The translations under genes were made by a program, and so were the position numbers. Positions 28,327-40,138 of a stretch of DNA of 64,000 bases are shown in pieces. Positions within the stretch are counted from its first letter, which is position 1. The number at the start of each line of letters is the position of its first letter. Location of the stretch: the NCBI RefSeq assembly GCF_964194155.1, contig NC_135888.1, positions 23,064,001 through 23,128,000 on the forward strand. The letters run 5' to 3'. The DNA is from Cetorhinus maximus. Taxonomy: Eukaryota. A model generated the notes under the pieces. That model had not been told where the DNA came from, searched no databases, and saw only the letters and a program-made list of their open reading frames with translations.

Positions 28327-28414
28327 AATAAAATGCTGTTCTCAGTGTAGTTTCAGAAACATGTTTGTTTTCAGTTGGTGATTGAATGGTCTGCCGTGAG
28401 GTTTCAGAAATAAA
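28327..28414 (+). terminator. Candidate polyadenylation signals for a long CIZ1 3' UTR
   Basis: AATAAA at 28327-28332 and 28409-28414, in U/GU-rich context. Assignment to CIZ1 is inference. Confidence 0.3.
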
Positions 28415-29139
28415 GCTTCAGTCAAATACTGTTTGAAATAGTTTTTAAATATATGGTAAATTTTTGCCTCTCACTAAAAGGTAGATTGTATTTTGGAAAT
28501 TCTTTATACTCTGCACTCCTTGATTTGAGATTTTTTGCGGCTTAATTGCCTCTGCACCCAAAGCACGAACTTCAAGCTATACAAGTTAACACCTATCTTC
28601 AATTTCAATCGCTACCTTGTTTCGATTAAGGCTTCTGGCCAGCAGCCTCTATATCCAGCAATTGAAGGTCATCTTATGTTAAGAGGCAAAAAAAAACAAC
28701 GGTGACATGAGGGGAAAACATGTTTATCCTGGAATCTGGAATGCTGTGCCTGAAAGGGGAGTGGAAGCAGGTTTAGCATTTTATGTTCTAATTGTTCTCT
28801 GTGGATTGAAAATGCCAGCTCCTCACTTTGCTTTCCTAGTGATCATCCTAATTCTATTATTTGCCAACCAGTGGAAACAATCCTTTTAACTTAACTGTTT
28901 TAAAATCTGTAAATTTTGAAAATATCTTCTGCTGGAGACTATTGTAGACCTTCCACCTGAGGCATTTCTGCTGCCAATGCAGGAGCTGTATGTAGACTGC
29001 AGTAAGGAATAGAAGCTCTACCCCATGAACTCATTATGCTCTCTATCCATAAAAGCAAAAAACTGCGGATGTTGGAAATCCAAAACAAAAATACCTGGAA
29101 AAACTCAGCAGGTCTGACAGCATCTGCGGAGAGGAATAC

Positions 29140-29178
29140 AGTTAACGTTTCGAGTCCGAATGACTCTTCATCAGAACT
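29140..29178 (-). ncRNA. Minimal type I hammerhead ribozyme motif (best-preserved copy)
   Basis: The minus strand reads AGTT-CTGATGA-A-GAGTC-attcg-GACTC-GAAA-CG-TT-AACT: stem I AGTT/AACT, canonical core, 5-bp stem II and palindromic AACGTT in place of stem III. Confidence 0.75.
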
Positions 29179-31853
29179 AAGGAAAAATAGGAAGATGAAA
29201 TATAAGCTGGTTTACGGTGGGGTGGGACAGGTAGAGCTGGATAGAGGGCCAGTGATAGGTGGAGAATGCCAAAAGATGTCATAGACAAAAGGACAAAGGT
29301 GTTGACGGTGGTGATATTAGCTAAGAAATGTCAGGGTTGGACCTGAGAGAACGGACTGCAACAAGTTCATAGAGAGACAGGTTAGAGTGGGTGAGAGGAG
29401 CAGAGAAATTGAGACGACTAATGTCACGCCGACAGTTCTCAATGAAAAGATCATGAGAAGGTAAGAATCCAGAGGGAGGGGTCCAGGTGGAGGGAAAATA
29501 TTGGAGGCGGGTAAAAGGATATGTTGAACGGGGAGAGGACTCCTGTCCAAAGAAGTGAGCACGGGGACAAAGGTCCCTCCACCTGGACCCCTCCCTCTGG
29601 ATTCTTACCTTCTCTTGATCTTTTCATTGAGAACTGTCGGCATGACATCAGTCATCTCAATTTCTCTGCTCCTCTCACCCACTCTAACATGTCTCTCTCT
29701 GAACTTGCTGCACTCCGTTCTCTCAGGTCCAACCCCGACATTGTCATCAAACCTGCTGACAAGGGTGGTGGTGTTGTCTGGCGCACTAACTCCTACCTCG
29801 CAGAGGCTCAGCGTCAACTCAGACACTTCCTCCTACCTCCCCCTGGACCATGACCCCACCACTGAACATCAAACCATGTTTCCAAGACTGTTACTGACCT
29901 CATCTCCTCTGGAGATCTTCCTTCCACAGCTTCCAACCTCATAGTTTCCCAACCTCAGATGGCCCGCTTCTACCTCCTACCCAAAATCCACAAACAGGAC
30001 TGTCCCGGCAGACCGATTGTGTCAGTCTGTTCCTGCCCCACGGAACTCATTTCTTGCTATCTTGACTCCATTCTCTCTCCCCTTGTTCAGTCCCTTCCCA
30101 CCTACATCCGTGATTCCTCTGACACCCTACATCATATCAACAATTTCCAGTTCCCTGGCCCCAACCGCCTCCTCTTCACCATGGACGTCCAATCCCTCTA
30201 CACCTCCATCCCCCACCGGGATGGTCTGAGGGCTCTCCGCTTCTTCCTCGAACAGAAGCCCAAACAATCCCCATCCACCACTACTCTCCTCCGTCTGGCT
30301 GAACTTGTTCTCTCACTGAACAATTTCTCCTTAAACTCATCTCACTTCCTCCAAATAAAAGGTGTGGCTATCGGTACCTGCATGGGGTATGTGGAACATT
30401 CCTTGTTCCAGTCCTACTCCGGCCCCCTCCCACAACTCTTTCTCCGGTTCATTGATGACTGCTTCGGTGCTGCTTCATTCTCCCGTCTGGAGCTGGAAAA
30501 ATTTATTAATTTTGCTTCCCATTTCGACCCCTCCATCATTTTCACATGGTCCATCTCTGACACTTCCCTTCCTTGACCTCTCTGTCTTAATTTCTGGTGA
30601 CAGACTGTCCACCAATATTCATTACAAGCCTACCGATTCCCACAGCTACCTTGACTACGCTCCTCACACCCCGCTTCCTGTAAGGACTCCATCCCATTCT
30701 CTCAGTTCCTTCGCCTCCGTTGCATCTGTTCTGATGATGCCACTTTCAAAAACAGTTCCTCTGACATGTCTTCTTTAACTGAGGTTTTCCAGCCACGGTG
30801 GTTGACAGGGCCCTCAACCGTGTCCGGCCCATCTCCCGTGCATCCGCCCTCACACCTTCCTCTCCCTCCCAGAACCATGATAGGGTCCCCCTTGTCCTCA
30901 CTTATCACCCCACCAGCCTCCACATTCAAAGGATCATCCTCCGCCATTTCCGTCAACTCCAGCATGATGCCACCACCAAACACATCTTCCCTTCACCCCT
31001 CCTGGCGGCATTCTGCAGGGATCATTCCCTCCGGGACACCCTGGTCCACTCCTCCATCACCCCCTACACCTCAACCCCCTCCCACAGCACCTTCTCATGC
31101 AACCGCAGAAGGTGCAACACCTGCCCCTTTACTTCCCCTCCTAACTGTCCAAGGGCCCAAACACTCCTTTCAAGTGAAGCAGTATTTCACTTGCACTTCC
31201 CTTAATTTAGTCTACTGCATTCGCTGCTCCCAATGCGGTTTCCTCTACATTGGAGAGACCAAACGCAGACTGGGTGACCGCATTGCGGAACACCTTCGGT
31301 CTGTCCACAAGCATTACCCAGACCTCCCTGTCGCTTGCCATTTCAACACACTGTTCTGCTCTCATGCACACGTGTCTATCCTTGGCCTGCTGCAATGTTC
31401 CAGTGAAGCTCAACGCAAACTGGAGGAACGCACCTCATCTTCCGATTAGGCACTTTACAGCCTTCCGGACTGAATATTGAGTTCAACAACTTTAGATCAT
31501 GAACTCTCTCCTCCATCCCCACCCCCTTTTTCCAATAATTTATATATATTTTTCTTTTCCCACCTATTTCCATTATTTTTAAATGTATTTATAAATGTAA
31601 TTAAATGTATTTATCTCTACCTTTTAGCCTATTTCAATCCCTTCCCCCACCCCCCACTAGGGCTATCTGTACCTTGCTCGTCCTGCTTTCTACCCTTAAT
31701 CAGCACATTCCTTTAGATAATTTCAACACCTCTTTGTCCTTTGTCTATGACATCTTTCAGCAATCTCCACCTATCACTGACCCTTTATCCAGCTCTACCT
31801 GTCCCAACTCCCCTTAAACCAGCTTATATTTCACCTCTCTTCCATTTTTCCTT

Positions 31854-31892
31854 AGTTCTGTTGAAGAGTCATACGGACTCGAAACGTTAACT
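31854..31892 (+). ncRNA. Minimal hammerhead ribozyme motif, CUGUUGA core variant
   Basis: AGTT-CTGTTGA-A-GAGTC-atacg-GACTC-GAAA-CG-TT-AACT in the 3' repeat of the Penelope element. Confidence 0.6.
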
Positions 31893-33139
31893 GTATTCCT
31901 CTCCGCAGATGCTGTCAGACCTGCTGAGTTTTTCCAGGTATTTTTATTTTTGTTTTGGATTTCCAGCATCCGCAGTTTTTTGCTTTTATAATAGAGTCAA
32001 GTATATATATTTACATACATTGTAATCTGAGAAGTGTACACAGTAGGAATAATTAGCCATTGCCAGCACATTGTTTTTACACCTGCAGCTCTAGTTTAGT
32101 GCAAGTTAAACACTCGTATTCAGGCTGGTTCCTGATCTTTTCACATTGTTCCATGGCAAAATAACAGCACCCACTGTCTGAATTGTTATCTCCTTGAAGC
32201 AAAATGGGTTATCCGTTTTTATATCATTCAATGAAGTAGCAGTAACTGCTGCAGCAGCAAGTTGGGGAGAAAACCTGTCCCTCGACATCCCGGTTACTGG
32301 CAGTGGTAAATTATCCCACAATTCTGTGGGCATAAAAATCCATGGAGGAAATAAATTAAGAACGTTACAGAAGCAAAACATTGCACAATATAAGAAATAG
32401 GAGCAGGAGTCGATCATATGGGCTGTGAGACTGCTCCGCCATTCAATATGATCATGGCTGAACCTTGAGTTTCAACTCCATTTTCCCACCCGCTTCCCAT
32501 TAATCCTTAATTTCCTGAGACACCAAATATCTCCCTATCCCAGACTTAAATGTGTTCAATGGTGGAGCCTCCACAACCCTCTGGGCTAGAGAATGCCAAA
32601 GACTCAGAACCCTTTGAGTGAAATCATTTTTCCTCAAGTCAGTTCTAAATGATTGGCCCCTTTATCCTGAGACTGTGCCCCTGTGTTTTAGACTTCTCAA
32701 CTGACGGAAGCAATCTCTATGTTTACCCTATCAAGTCCCCTCAGAATTTTGTGGGTTTCCATGAGATAACCTCTCATTCGTTGCAGATGCTGAAAATCAT
32801 AGAATGGTTACAGCACAGGAGGAGGCTATTTGGCCCATCAAGTCCATGCTAGCTCTGTAAAATCTGAAATAAAAGCAAATTGTTGGAAACGTTCAGGTCT
32901 GCCAGCATCTGTGGAAAGAGAACCAGCTCATGTTTTTGGTCGAATACCTTTCAGCTCTGTGTCCCGCCACAGATGCTAGACTAGTTGAGCATTTTCCGTT
33001 TTTATTTAACTGTGTTAAGGGTTGCCACTGAATTATAGATTTTCACAGTAGTTGTAATTTGTTCCTCCATTCTACTAATTTGAGAAGCAGTGTAAAACCT
33101 TCATTGAAAAATTTTAAGTCAGGAGCAAGCTTTTATTTA

Positions 33140-34874
33140 CCTTAGATCATAGCATCTAAGATAACCCCATTTTTCTGGCCCCAAAATTGGGTTTTTACTA
33201 CAATTGGCATGTAAGTCAACTTCCCTTTTCAGCCATGACGTTATACTCGCATTAGTAGTCTCAACTATTAGTAGTCCCCACAGATGCATATTTTACTTAG
33301 CTTATAAATGGCCACAAGGGATTGAGCAAGTGGTATGGGCTGTGTTGCAAAGGTGCGTGGGAGTTTAAGACATGCCCACACAGAGCAGACCTCACATGGC
33401 AAACAATGACAAGAAATGAATCTTCCAATGAAACAAATAATGAAGCTGGTTTCAAACTAAAAGTCTTAACATTTGCTAATTTGCCAAATAACTGCTACAG
33501 CAAGGGAACTCAGTGGAAGTGAAAATCTGGTGCGAGAATGTGAGGAGGAGGAATCTGCCCTGAAGAAGATGCCCAAAGCGCCATGAAAACAGGGACCAGC
33601 CTGACTGTGAGAAGCTTGTATTGGAGTGGGTTCTCAAAAATTGTCAGAATGGTTACATTGTCACCAGAAAATATATGCAATGCATGTATATGCACTTAAG
33701 AGCCAAATCAAACCCAAAACAAGTTAGTTGTAGCTGATTTATGGAACAAAAATGTAGTGTTGTGGCAGAAGATCAAGATCGCTCAGATTACCAAAAGACC
33801 TCAATGCCAAAGTTCCCAGTGGTTCATTGTCAGACAGCAGTAAAAACACAAGTACCCATTATGCTACATTGGCAACATGGATGAAATGCCCATGAATTCC
33901 AATATGCTCAGCAACCAAACTATGCAGTTGAAAGGTTCAAAAGCAGTTCTAGTGAAAACCACAGGCCATGAGAAGATTCATGGTGGCACTAGCCTACATG
34001 GCCATGGGAATAAAATTAAAGCCTATGGTCAGTTTCAAATGTAAAACCATGCCAAATATCAAATTCCCTGCAGTAGTTTTTGTGCATGCCCATGACAGGT
34101 TGGATGGATGAGGATGGAGGGAAATTATGGATCTATAACATGTGCAATAGGTTTCCTGCTGTCCTACATTAAGAGTATAGCTTATTAGTGCAGGACATGT
34201 TCAGATCCCATTTAACTGATGAGATCAAGAGGTGCCTGCGAAGAAATAACACCCATATTGCAGTTATACCAAGGGGTCTAACGTCCATAGTTCAACCTTT
34301 GAATGGCTCGTTAAGGCATGCATCCAAGGGTCATATTTGCGCCGAATGGAATCTGTGGATGGTTGACAGAAGAAAAACCTTCATAAAGAATGGAAATATG
34401 TGTGCTGCGCCACTGGATGTTTTGTGGTTTTGTCATCAAATTGTGGGATGCTATCAGTGCACAAACTGTCATCAGATCATTCAAAAAATGTGAAATATCC
34501 AATTCATTGCATGGAGAGAAGGATAATTTGTTGTGATGGGATGAGTCTGAAACTGAAAGCACATATCTGATCCAGAGTTGGGATCCTTACAGTGATGCCA
34601 CAGCCAAAGTAGCTCAATGAATTTGCATCAAATGCTGAACGCAATGAACTTGATAGGTTTAAAAAAAACTTTCATTGTGGTGTACTATTAATTTATTCAA
34701 TGAACAGTGCCACATTAATTATGAATTACCAGTGTTATGTTTTCTTTTCACATTTCAAAATGGCAACTACCCACACAGGCAGTTCACATTTTATCCGCGG
34801 TGTATAAGTTGACACCCGTTTGTGGAACTATTTTTGGAGTCTTCACAGGTCGACTTATATGCCGACATCTACGG
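33140..34874 (+). mobile_element. Decayed pogo-type (POGK-like, Tc1/mariner-related) DNA transposon
   Basis: Broken transposase motifs AGFKLKV, IGNMDEMPMN (about 33868), KTTGHEK (about 33955), GWMDED and DMFRSHLTDEIK..IAVIPRGLTSIVQPL. Imperfect TIRs ccttagatcatagcatctaag / cttatatgccgacatctacgg, with TA at 33138-33139. Confidence 0.82.
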
Positions 34875-35449
34875 TGAGTAAAACAGAAAAAACATGGTGC
34901 AAGATGTCCTTCAATTCAGAATGACTTGGGTGTTATTAATGCATGTGTTTTTTTCAAACCATTTGCTCATTGCTACCCAGGACTTGATAGATTTTCAAAT
35001 TACAATGTGTTACACAACAGTCCCATTGAATAATATAGCTTTAAAAGTCAGTTACAGGAACGGCAGGAACATTCACTAAAGTGAGAAAACTGTATTAAGA
35101 GGAAGAGTGAATAAATCTCAAAGATTAAGCACGAGTCTGGCCCCAGCTAGAATACTAGGTACAGTTCTGGTGACCAAATTTCTCTCTCTCGTACTGGGTA
35201 CCTGAATAATGGGGAAAGGCCACAGAATCTGGGAATGTTTACACAAGAGAGGGCTCCAGTGATTATTAGTTACGACCTTGAAGCATACAGATAAGAAACA
35301 ATAATGCACCGATTACACACAATGGCATAATCCCTCACTTAGAAAAGGAGGGAGGGTGAAAAGACAGTTTAGGTTTAACTTTTTACATAGATTATGATGA
35401 ATGGATGGAATGGTTGGCAGAGGTTGATTCTATTTGCAAATTCATGAGA

Positions 35450-35885
35450 AAATTTTGCATTTATACAGCACCTTTTGTGACTATCGGATGCCCCAGAGCA
35501 CTTTAGTCAATTAAATACTTTTGAAATTCAGTCACTGGTGTTGTAATGTGAAGAATGGAGCTACTAATTTGCACATAGCAAGCTCCCACAAACAGTAGTG
35601 GTTTTGTGATGCTGATTGAAGGATAAATATTGGCCAGGCCCCCAGGAAGAACTGCCCTGCTCTTTGAAATTGTGCCTTAGCATCATTTATTTCCACCTAA
35701 GAGGGTGGATGGTAGATGTTTAACATCTTATCAGAAAGATGGCACCTCTGACAGCGCAGGGTACCCTTAGTATTGCACTAGTGTCAGCCTAGAATTGTGG
35801 TCACCAGTCCTGGAATGGAATTTGAATCTACAACTTTGTGACTCAAGAGGCAAGAGTGCTGCCCACTGAACCAAGGCTGACACTG
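35450..35885 (-). mobile_element. Deu-type SINE
   Basis: Reverse complement of the family at 54530-54972. Further partial copies at about 37240-37400, 38150-38370, 44598-44790, 45900-46225, 53470-53630 and 58010-58090. Confidence 0.68.
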
Positions 35886-36286
35886 GAAAAATAAAGTATA
35901 AACAGGATGGTGGGTTCTAAACATTAGGATTAGTCAGGTGACTTACAGTGGTCCATGGGACCAAACACTCAACTTTTTTAATTATTTGAATCCCATTAAA
36001 ATAAGATTTCTCATCTCATTATAGCAACTCACAATTGAAGCACAGCATCGGTTACAAATGAACTCCCTCTTGAAGGAAGGAACAGAAATTCCACAACCAA
36101 AATCAACAAAGATGTTAATAAAGAGTGAAGATCTCAGTACAATGATGAAAACTAGCCAATTTTAAGGGAAAATAAAGCTGCTAGCAATGGTTACAGTTGG
36201 CAAACAAGTCTTTTAAAATTCTTAATCAGGACATGTAATATTAGAGCTTGATAGAGAAACGGTGATCAGAGTCAAGCATTGCGGTC

Positions 36287-36459
36287 CTAGGAATCTGTTG
36301 GCGCTGTTGCATCTATTTGTTGCTGCCTGAATTCCATCCTCACCTGCCTATTTGACTCCAACAGTTCACGAAGTTTCACATTTAGGACATCGTTCTTCTC
36401 CTCGAGGTTATCCAGGCAAGAGTTGATCTGATCAAGCATCAGATTAAGTGCAGCATATT
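36287..36459 (-). CDS. BBLN: BBLN last coding exon, coiled coil (EYAALNLMLDQINSCLDNLEEKNDVLNVKLRELLESNRQVRMEFRQQQIDATAPTDS*)
   Basis: Minus-strand acceptor cttggcag at 36460-36461; 173 nt, ending in TAG at 36287-36289. Matches BBLN EYAA.N.MLDQINSCLD.LEEKND...LLESNRQ. Total protein 84 aa. Confidence 0.95.
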
Positions 36460-37617
36460 CTGCCAAGAAAGGGAGGGGGGTGGGGAGTGAGGTGAAGAAT
36501 ACAATACTTAACTGTCAGCAGAACTAGTTACAAAAAAAAGAAACTTGCATTTATGACCCGCCTTTCTCTACATTAGGTTTTTATTTGCATTTTTTCACCT
36601 CCCAAGGTATTAAAATAATTGGGGTGAGAGCTATTGGATCTGGTAAATATATTTGCTGCAGACTGAGAGATGCCTATTTTAGTTTGACCATTAAGGAGTT
36701 GCCACCAGGGTCGTCAACAAGGATTTGCATTTCATAATATCAGGATATCCCAAAACACTTTACAGAAGCAGGCAATTCAGCCCATCGAGTCCATACTCAT
36801 TTTCTGCAGAGCAATCCAATCAGTCCCACTCCCCGGCTCAATCCCAGTAGCCATGCAAGTTTATTTCCTTCAAGTGCCTATCCAATTTCCTTCTGAAATC
36901 ACTGTTTCCACTTCCACCACGCTCAAGAGCAATAAGTTCCAGGTCATTACCACTCACTCTTCCTCACATTCCCCCCGCATTTCTTGCTCAAACCTTAAAT
37001 CTGTGTCCCCTAATTCTAAATTTTACCTTGTCTACTTTATCCAAACCTGTCATAATCTTGCATACCTCTATTAAATCCACCCCCGTCCAATCTCTTTTGC
37101 TCCAAGGAGAACAAACCCAGCTTTTCCAACCCAACCTTGTAACTAAAGTCCCCCATTCCTGGAACCACCCTGGCAAATCCCTTCTGCACTCCTATGTAAA
37201 TCTGGTTTTGAAGCGTGGTGACTTATGGCCATGCAGGAAAGGCCGCAGCAAATTTGCACATTGCAATGTGATGTTGACTGAGGGATTAAATGGTTGACGC
37301 GAACACCGGGGATAACTGCTCTTCGATGGCAGACGGGGTGACGACCAACTTCTCATCCGTAAGATGGCACCTCCGACAGTGCAGCACTCCCTCAGTACCC
37401 GAGCAAAATGAAAAATTAATTCTACAACTTGGCATCTCAGGGTCTGGTGGAGGAGGAGGGTGGGGGCGGGGGTGGTCCTGTCACGGTATCAGGTTGGCTG
37501 TGGGGGGGGGGTGGGATAAGGAGTGTGCTCTGGTCAAATGGTCCAGATCGAGAGTTGCAATGGGATCTGCAACATGGATCCAGTGGGGGTCTGGTTGGTT
37601 CCCTCTGCCGGGTTTAC

Positions 37618-37699
37618 CTTCCTCGGGCACTTCCTCCTCCTCCTCTTCCTCCTCCTCCCGCCTCACGGTGACATTCGGTTCCCCGTTCGGCCCCGACAT
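37618..37699 (-). CDS. BBLN: BBLN (bublin, C9orf16) first coding exon (MSGPNGEPNVTVRREEEEEEEEEVPEE)
   Basis: The MSGPNG N-terminus is characteristic of BBLN. Donor G|gtaaac at 37617; 82 nt, phase 1; CpG-rich context. Confidence 0.93.
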
Positions 37700-37985
37700 T
37701 CTCGAGATGCCCCGGGGACGAGAGCCGCTCTACCCGGAGTCTCTCCCAGAAATCCGACCCCCCCGCGACCCCCGACCTCAAAATGGAACAAATGACGCAG
37801 TCCGGGGTCCTAGCGCCGTGTGTCCCGGGACCGCCTGAGAACAAAACACAATTCCACCCAATTGTCGGTCATAATTCCCCAGCAAAAAAACCACAATGAA
37901 CGTTTCAATCGAAAATATCATTCGAAACTTTCCCTTTTAAAAAAAAAACCGGCCACAGGCACAAAGGAAGCCGCCTGGGTATCAG
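37620..37985 (-). promoter_or_regulatory. CpG-rich segment at the BBLN 5' end
   Basis: Local cluster of CpG dinucleotides in an otherwise CpG-depleted background. Confidence 0.55.
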
Positions 37986-38516
37986 GCTCCTTTGTTGCAA
38001 TCCATGGGCAGATTGTTAAAGGGGTAAATCCTGACTATCAATTGGTTTCCAGAAAGGCACAGGAATTGTTATCTGAGTGAACTGAAAATAACAGGCTGAG
38101 TAACTCACTGGAATTGCTGCAACCTTTGTGACAAACCGAAATACGAAACAAAGACTTGCATTTATGTAGCATCTTTCATGACCTCAAGGTGTTCCACACT
38201 TTCAATATCCATTTATTAAGTGTAGTCAATGTAGTAACTCCCTTGGTCTTCATCAAAATAGTGGCCGTGGAATCTTTTACGTCCACCTGAGAGACTAGGG
38301 CCTTGGTTTAATGTCTCAGCTCAACGATGGCACCTCCAACAGTACAGAACTCTCACAGTGTTGCACTGTCGGGGGCAGTGTCTCAGGATAAGGGGTTATT
38401 CATGTAGGACTGAGGTGTGGAGAGATTTCTTCACTCAATCTTTGGAATTCTCTGCCCCAGAGAGCTGTGGATGCTCAGTTGTTGACACTGAGAGACTTCT
38501 GAACACTGAAGTTCTC

Positions 38517-40138
38517 ACAACTCCTCCCCCTCCCACAACTCTTTCTCCGGTACATCGATGACTGCTTCGGTGCTGCTTCATGCTCTCGTCTGGACCTGGA
38601 AAAATTTATTAATTTTGCTTCCAATTTCCACTCCTCCATCATTTTCACATGGTCCATCTCTGACACTTCCCTTCCCTTCCTTGACCTCTCTGTCTCAATT
38701 TCTGGTGATAGACTGTCCACCAATATCCATTACAAGCCTACCGACTCCCACAGCTACCTCGACTACAGCTCCTCACACCCCGCTTCCTGTAAGGACTCCA
38801 TCCCATTCTCTCAGTTCCTTCGCCTCCGTCGCATCTGTCCTGATGATGCCACTTTCAAAAACAGTTCCTCTGACATGTCTTCCTTCTTCCTTAACCAAGG
38901 TTTTGCACCCACGGTGGTTGACAGGGCCCTCAACCGTGTCCGGCCCAACTCCCGTGCATCCGCCCTCACACCTTCCTCTCCCTCCCAGAAACATGATAGG
39001 GTCCCCCTTGTCCTCACTTATCACCCCACCAGCCTCTGCATTCAAAGGATCATCCTCCGCCATTTCCGCCATCTCCAGCATGATGCCACCACCAAACACA
39101 TCTTCCCTTTGCTCCCCCTGGCGGCATTCCGCAGGGATCATTCCCTCCGGGAAACCCTGGTCTATCCCTCCATCACCCCCTACACCTCAACCCCCTCCTA
39201 CGGCACCTTCCCATGCAACCACAGAAGGTGTCACACCTGCCCCTTTAATTCCCCTCTCCTCACCGTCCAAGCGCCCAAACACGCCTTTCAAGTGAAGCAG
39301 CATTTCACTTGCACTTTCCTCAATTTAGTCTACTGCATTTGTTGCTCCCAATGCGGTTTCCTCTACATTGGAGAGACCAAACACAGACTGGGTGACCGCT
39401 TTGCAGAACACCTTCGGACTGTCCGCAAGCATGACCCAGACCTCCCTGTTGCTTGCCATTTCAACACCCCACCCTGCTCTCATGCTCACATGTCTGTCCT
39501 TGGCCTGCTGCATTGCTCCAGTGAAGCTCAACGCAAACTGGAGGAACAGCACCTCATCTTCCTACTAGGCACTTTACAGCCTTCCGGACTGAATATTGAG
39601 TTCAACAATTTTAGATCATGAACTCTCTCCTCCATCCCCACCCCCTTTCCGATCCCCCCCCTTTTTTTTCCAATAATTTATATAGATTTTTCTTTTCCCA
39701 CTTATTTCCATTATTTTTAAATGTATTTCCATCCATTGTTTTATCTCTACCTTTTAGCCTATTTCGATTCCTTCACCCCACCCCCACTAGCGCTATCTGT
39801 ACCTTGCTTGTCCTGCTTTCTACCCTTAATAAGCACATTCCTTAGATAATATCACCACCTTCAACACCTCTTTGTGCTTTTGTCTATGACATCTTTTGGC
39901 TATCTCCACCTATCACTGGCCCTCTATCCAGCTCTACTTGTCCCACCTCCCCCTTAAACCAGTTTATATTTCACCTCTCTTCTATTTTTCCTTAGTTCTG
40001 TTGAAGAGTCATACGGCCTCAAAACGTTAACTGTGTTCCTCTCCGCAGATGCTGCCAGACCTGCTGAGTTTTTCCAGGTATTTTTATTTTAATTTTTGTT
40101 TTTGATTTCCAGCATCCGCAGTTTTTTGCTTTTATCTT
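38517..40138 (+). mobile_element. 5'-truncated Penelope-like element with an open RT C-terminus and GIY-YIG frame
   Basis: RYIDD motif near 38548; ORF 38875-39621 ends ...GLNIEFNNFRS. 12-bp direct repeat actgaagttctc at 38505-38516 and 40139-40150. Confidence 0.92.

Larger units (their letters stand above)
29049..31989 (+). mobile_element. Penelope-like retroelement (probably Neptune-type) with a 5' inverted segment and hammerhead-bearing terminal repeats
   Basis: RT motifs PKIHK, RPIVS, MDVQSLYT and RFIDD (ORF 29959-30576). Cys-rich linker CNRRRCNTC. GIY-YIG motif LVYCIRCSQCGFLYIGETKRRLGDR. Segment 29049-29331 is an inverted copy of the 3' end. Several frameshifts. Confidence 0.93.

Noticed and set aside
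37290-37838. 182-aa plus-strand ORF with poly-Ser and poly-Gly
   Set aside because: It is antisense to the GC-rich BBLN exon and begins inside a SINE.
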